Assembly: GCA_002292375.1 (NCBI GenBank)
Contig: DBBV01000020.1
Location: forward strand, 8,197-72,196
Source: Methylococcaceae bacterium UBA975
Lineage (GTDB): Bacteria; Pseudomonadota; Gammaproteobacteria; Methylococcales; Cycloclasticaceae
DNA length: 64,000 bases
Reading direction: 5' to 3'
A program made the translations under genes and the position numbers. The notes beneath the pieces are model-generated. The model searched no databases, had not been told where the DNA came from, and saw only the letters and a program-made list of their open reading frames with translations. The first letter of the stretch is position 1. Each line of letters starts with the position of its first letter. Of the stretch, positions 59,596 to 64,000 are shown in pieces.

Positions 59596-59634
59596 TCAGC
59601 TACCCTCAATCAACTTTATATAAAAGGAATTTCC

Positions 59635-61152
59635 ATGCCACATACCCAACTCAACCAAGACGATATAAATAAAGCCGTCTGGTCAGCCTGCGATACCTTT
59701 AGAGGCGTTATTAGCTCAGACACCTACAAAGACTTTATCTTGACGATGCTGTTTTTAAAATACATTTCCGATGTCTATAAAGATGATCATGGAAAGTTAG
59801 TCGAACAACATGGGGATAACCCGGCGCTTATCAACGCCATGATGGCAAAGCAACGTTTCGTACTGCCAGAAGGCGCAAGCTTTTGGGATTTGTACGAAGC
59901 TCGCCACCAACCAGGAAATGGCGAACGAATTGATAAAGCACTCCATACTATAGAAGAATCAAACGGCTCCAAGCTACGCAATGTTTTCCAAGACATTACC
60001 TTCGGTACCGACAAATTAGGCCCAGAAAAACAAAAGAATGATTTATTGCGCCATCTATTAGAAGACTTTGGTAAAGATATTCTAGATTTAAGTCCTAGCC
60101 GCGTGGGATCACTCGATATTATCGGAAACGCTTATGAATACCTCATCAAGCACTTTGCAGCGGGCAGCGGCAAAACCGCGGGCGAGTTCTACACACCACC
60201 TGAAGTGTCAGACCTGCTCGCCACCATATTAGAACCTCAAGAAGGCGATCAAATATGTGACCCTGCTTGTGGTTCAGGCTCATTACTTATGAAGTGTGGC
60301 GCGATGGTACGTAAAAACTCGGGTTCAAAGAAATACGCACTGTTTGGTCAAGAAGCCATTGGCTCTACCTGGGCGCTAGCAAAAATGAACATGTTCCTAC
60401 ACGGTGAAGACAACCACCGTGTTGAATGGGGCGACACTATTCGTAACCCCTTACTAAAAGACAAAGACGGTACCGGCCTATTACACTTTGATGTCGTCAC
60501 CGCCAACCCACCCTTCTCGCTTGATAAATGGGGGCATGAAGATGCGGCGAATGATCCATACGGACGATTCCGCCGCGGTATCCCGCCAAAAACCAAAGGT
60601 GACTACGCCTTTATCAGCCACATGATAGAAACCCTCAAGCCAAACTCTGGCCGAATGGGTGTTGTTGTCCCTCATGGGGTGTTATTCCGTGGTTCATCAG
60701 AGGGCAAAATCAGGCAGCAACTCATAGAAGAAAACCTGCTCGATACCGTGATTGGCCTTCCGGAAAAACTCTTCTTTGGCACAGGCATCCCCGCCGCTAT
60801 TTTAATCTTTAAAAAACAAAAAATGGATAAGGACGTTCTATTCATTGATGCAAGCCGCGAGTTCAAGTCAGGTAAAAACCAAAACCAACTCACGCCCGAT
60901 AATATTCAAAAGATTATCGAAACCTACAAAGCGCGTGAGACGACGGATAAATATTCTTACTTAGCCAGTTTTGATGAAATACAAGAAAACGACTTTAACC
61001 TCAATATTCCGCGTTATGTCGATACCTTTGAAGAAGAAGCTGAAATAGATTTAATGGCCGTACGTAAGGAACGCGTGCAGTTACAAAGCGAACTAAAAAC
61101 CCTTGAAGCAGAAATGGAAGGCTACTTAAAGGAGCTGGGTTATGGTGCCTAG
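59635..61152 (+). CDS. hsdM: Type I RM methyltransferase subunit
   Basis: GEFYTPPEVS, DPACGSG, ANPPF, FNLNIPRYVD. Confidence 0.96.
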   Translation: MPHTQLNQDDINKAVWSACDTFRGVISSDTYKDFILTMLFLKYISDVYKDDHGKLVEQHGDNPALINAMMAKQRFVLPEGASFWDLYEARHQPGNGERIDKALHTIEESNGSKLRNVFQDITFGTDKLGPEKQKNDLLRHLLEDFGKDILDLSPSRVGSLDIIGNAYEYLIKHFAAGSGKTAGEFYTPPEVSDLLATILEPQEGDQICDPACGSGSLLMKCGAMVRKNSGSKKYALFGQEAIGSTWALAKMNMFLHGEDNHRVEWGDTIRNPLLKDKDGTGLLHFDVVTANPPFSLDKWGHEDAANDPYGRFRRGIPPKTKGDYAFISHMIETLKPNSGRMGVVVPHGVLFRGSSEGKIRQQLIEENLLDTVIGLPEKLFFGTGIPAAILIFKKQKMDKDVLFIDASREFKSGKNQNQLTPDNIQKIIETYKARETTDKYSYLASFDEIQENDFNLNIPRYVDTFEEEAEIDLMAVRKERVQLQSELKTLEAEMEGYLKELGYGA

Positions 61153-62000
61153 TGGTTGGAGCATTACAAGCTTATCTGATATTGCATCCGTAGAGCGGGG
61201 GAAGTTTTCAGCTCGTCCACGAAACGATCCACAATATTATGGAGGCGCCATACCATTCGTTCAAACTGGTGATATTGCCGCTGCAGATACTTACCTCAGA
61301 ACTTTTAGCCAAACATTAAATGCAGAAGGATTAAAAGTAAGTAAATTATTCCCTGAAAACACTATATTAATAACAATAGCCGCAAATATTGGTGACACAG
61401 CCATCACAACTTTTGACGTTGCTTGCCCTGACAGCTTGGTAGCAATTCAGCCTAAGAAGAACACATCTGACACATATTGGCTTAAAAACGCTTTAGAGAC
61501 ACTCAAGACTGAGCTTGATTCAAAAGCCACTCAAAACGCACAAAAAAACATTAATCTACAAGTCCTAAAGCCTCTAAAAATACTAACTCCTCCACTCCCT
61601 GAACAACGAAAAATCGCCAAAATCCTATCCACATGGGATAAAGCTATTAGCACCACCGAGCGCCTAATCGACAACAGCAAACAGCAGAAAAAAGCCCTCA
61701 TGCAACAACTGCTCACGGGTAAAAAGCGCCTGCTAGATGAATCAGGCAAACCATTTGAGGGTGAGTGGGAAAAAGCAGAGCTGGGTAACCTTTTAGATTA
61801 CAAGCAACCGACCCCTTATTTGGTGAAGTCCACCGATTATTCAAATAAATACCAGATACCGGTATTAACTGCCGGAAAGACATTTGTATTAGGTTACTCA
61901 AATGAAGAGTTCGGCATCTTCAGCGAGAACCTACCTGTGATCATATTTGACGACTTCACCACAGCTACTAAGTTTGTAGATTTGAATCGCCTTGAGATTA

Positions 62001-62876
62001 CTAGACACTCATTAGCTCCCTAAAGTACCTTTTTTCATACTCAACTGGCGACAACATATCGTTGTTGCCATGCTTCCGAACTGGATTATAGAACATCTCA
62101 ATATAATCAAAAATATCCTGCTTGGCTAAATCACGAGTTGCATATACTTTTCGTTTGATACGTTCGCGTTTTAGCAGTTGAAAGAAGCTCTCAGCAACCG
62201 CATTATCATGGCAATTACCTCGACGGCTCATGCTGCTCTGCAAATTATGCGCTTTCAAAAAGTCTTGCCATTCATAACTGGTATATTGACTACCTTGGTC
62301 AGAATGAACAACGACCTCCGTCGTCGGCTTTCTTTTCCATACGGCCATCAGTAATGCGTTCATAACAAGATCTGTTTCCATTCTTGAGTGCATTGACCAA
62401 CCAATAATTTGGCGTGAGAATAAATCCAACACGACAGCTAAGTACAACCAACCTTCATAAGTTCTGATATAAGTAATATCCGTCACCCATGATTGATTAG
62501 GCTCATTGACCTCAAATTGTCGCTGTAAAATATTCTGGGCAACGGATGAGGGTAAGCTACCTTTCATATAACGTCGCTTTTTGTATCCAGTTTGTGATTT
62601 AAGCTTGTTTTGATGCATTAAACGTTCAACGCGGCTCATGCCGCAAGTTTCACCTAGTTCGCGTAGATCGTGGTACACCTTGCGATAACCATATACGCAA
62701 CCACTTTCCAGCCAGGACTGTTTTATAATGCCTAGCAGGCGTTGATCTTCTATCGTGCGTTTAGACTTGGGCTGTTTTAGCCAAGCGTAATAACCGCTTC
62801 GATGAACATTGGCTGCTTTACACAGTAATTTAACCCCATGCTGGGGATGATGAGCCTTGATAAACGCATACCTCAC
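62001..62876 (-). CDS. IS3 transposase OrfB (DDE)
   Basis: WVTDITY, HSDQGSQY, DNAVAESFF. Confidence 0.95.
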   Translation of the reverse strand: MRYAFIKAHHPQHGVKLLCKAANVHRSGYYAWLKQPKSKRTIEDQRLLGIIKQSWLESGCVYGYRKVYHDLRELGETCGMSRVERLMHQNKLKSQTGYKKRRYMKGSLPSSVAQNILQRQFEVNEPNQSWVTDITYIRTYEGWLYLAVVLDLFSRQIIGWSMHSRMETDLVMNALLMAVWKRKPTTEVVVHSDQGSQYTSYEWQDFLKAHNLQSSMSRRGNCHDNAVAESFFQLLKRERIKRKVYATRDLAKQDIFDYIEMFYNPVRKHGNNDMLSPVEYEKRYFRELMSV

Positions 62877-63151
62877 AGTGACTCTTTGGCAAAATATGCG
62901 GCGGCCTTTTTTAATATGTCTCGTTCTTCTTCAGTGCGCCTAAGTTGCGCTTTCAGATCACGGATTTCTTTTTGCTGGTCGGTGATTTGATTGTACTTGG
63001 AACTTTCGTTGCCATAACGCTCAACCCAAGCATAAAGGCTTTTGGTGGTGCAACCTAACCGTTTCGCCACTTCATAAACTGAATAGTTGCGTTCAGTAAT
63101 TTGTTTAACGGCTTCAATCTTAAATTCGTCTGTGTATCTCTTGCTTGTCAT
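62873..63151 (-). CDS. IS3 OrfA
   Basis: RYTDEFKIEAV HTH, EERDILKKAAAYFAKE; ATG 63151 after a GGAG RBS. Confidence 0.92.
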   Translation of the reverse strand: MTSKRYTDEFKIEAVKQITERNYSVYEVAKRLGCTTKSLYAWVERYGNESSKYNQITDQQKEIRDLKAQLRRTEEERDILKKAAAYFAKESL

Positions 63152-63551
63152 CTGTTTCTCCAATATTGCTATTATCATATAGCTTTGGAGTGTCTATAGT
63201 TCTCATGGCGATTCAATTTTCCATTTAAGGCTAAGTCTAGCGCAATGAAAATTCTAGTCGCAAAAGAAGGTGCTTCTATCAAGTACATATTCGAAGCTAT
63301 GCAAATACTTAATTATCCTATTGGCGGACACCAACGACACTGGATTTCTATATTTTCCTACCTTGTTATTGCGCTACCTTCTCGAGAAGAACAACAAAAA
63401 ATCATAAGCACTCTCACCAATGTAGACAAAGAAACTAAACTATTCGAACGACAACTCGCTGACCTAAAGCAAGAGAAAAAAGCATTAATGCAGCAGTTGT
63501 TGACGGGTAAGCGTCGAGTAAAAACTAATAATTTCGAAAAGGATTGTCAAA

Positions 63552-64000
63552 ATGTCTAATGAAGATTATAAATTCACGGCATTGAATAAAGCCGTTTCGA
63601 CCGATGATGAGCTCCAAAAAATTAAAAAAGAGTTGAGTGTCAATGGCACTAGCAGCACCTTACGGGATGCGTTAATGACCGCTTGTAGAGAAGGCTATTT
63701 TTTAGAACTTATTGCCGATATGTATGCGCTGGTTGGAGATGATGAGCTAAATTTTAAGAAGCAGTTGCTAGCACTACATAATAACGGATTAATTAATGTT
63801 GTTGATGAGTTTTTGCGACTGACTAAATCTGGGGAACAAGACTTCTTCTTTATACGTCATGTGTTTGAAATGATTCTCCCTGATATAGATGCGCCTACTC
63901 ATATTGTGATGACTTGTGTGAAGCATTTAACGGTTCAAGCTGGAAATGATTTAGCGGCAGGAATGCTTTTGGTACCTTTTAAGAGGTTTTGCGAGGCAAG
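63552..64000 (+). CDS. Hypothetical protein, 5' part (runs off window), overlapping the hsdS stop
   Basis: Open frame from ATG 63552: MSNEDYKFTALNKAVSTDDELQKIKKELS... to the window end. Confidence 0.7.
   Translation, partial: MSNEDYKFTALNKAVSTDDELQKIKKELSVNGTSSTLRDALMTACREGYFLELIADMYALVGDDELNFKKQLLALHNNGLINVVDEFLRLTKSGEQDFFFIRHVFEMILPDIDAPTHIVMTCVKHLTVQAGNDLAAGMLLVPFKRFCEA

Larger units (their letters stand above)
61983..63215 (-). mobile_element. IS3-family insertion sequence (1233 bp)
   Basis: 28-bp imperfect terminal IRs TGAATCGCC(T/A)TGAGA...AGACACTC, 3-bp TSD ATT, orfA/orfB overlap. Confidence 0.95.
61142..63559 (+). pseudogene. hsdS: Type I RM specificity subunit interrupted by an IS3 element
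   Basis: Removing 61983-63218 rejoins KFVD/FPFKAKSSAMKIL in frame; PPLPEQRKI and PSREEQQKI conserved regions. Confidence 0.92.
36028..64000 (-). mobile_element. Tn7-like transposon, over 28 kb, other end beyond the window
   Basis: End at 36028 lies downstream of a tnsA-tnsB-tnsC-tniQ operon; the extent is inferred and no matching end was found in the window. Confidence 0.6.

Noticed and set aside
732-61901. Numerous antisense or overlapping ORFs in the six-frame track (e.g. 732-1163, 4290-4790, 28542-29003, 57313-57735)
   Set aside because: Shadow frames of well-supported genes on the opposite strand, with no motifs.
52228-64000. CRISPR-associated transposon (CAST)
   Set aside because: No cas6/7/8 or cas12k and no repeat-spacer array in the window; the long TniQ fits protein-only targeting. 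Sequence beyond the window cannot be excluded.

Overview
A roughly 40-45% GC gammaproteobacterial chromosome segment, possibly marine (inference from gene content); the genus cannot be established from sequence alone. From left to right: (1) the end of a polar flagellar operon fliLMNOPQR-flhBAF-flhG' under a sigma-54 promoter; (2) mixed metabolic genes and a 10-gene Mrp-type Na+/H+ antiporter operon without MrpA; (3) a Ref-like nuclease, truncated haemoglobin, YkgJ, OYE, BASS, SpoU and fadE, with two decayed attC-like sites; (4) an integron cassette array at 29.6-35.9 kb on the minus strand. It has a candidate attI, 7 full-length attC sites (one with a mutated core), 1 truncated attC and no intI, and its distal part is cut up by an unnamed TCTGACCC repeat family that brackets higBA, an orphan ORF and fadE. 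(5) A Tn7-like end (TGT at 36028 plus repeated TnsB-type sites) lies 137 bp from the attI crossover. Behind it are a 16-kb light/singlet-oxygen module (hemH, MerR regulator, photolyase, furan-fatty-acid-like genes, RpoE-ChrR), tniQ-tnsC-tnsB-tnsA, and a type I RM locus whose hsdS is split by an IS3 element. The best candidate for a new system is a Tn7-like element of over 28 kb, with no Cas genes in the window, carrying a photoprotection regulon and inserted next to an integron attI. The second is the TCTGACCC repeat-bounded modules that invade the cassette array. No CRISPR array, tRNA or rRNA was found.
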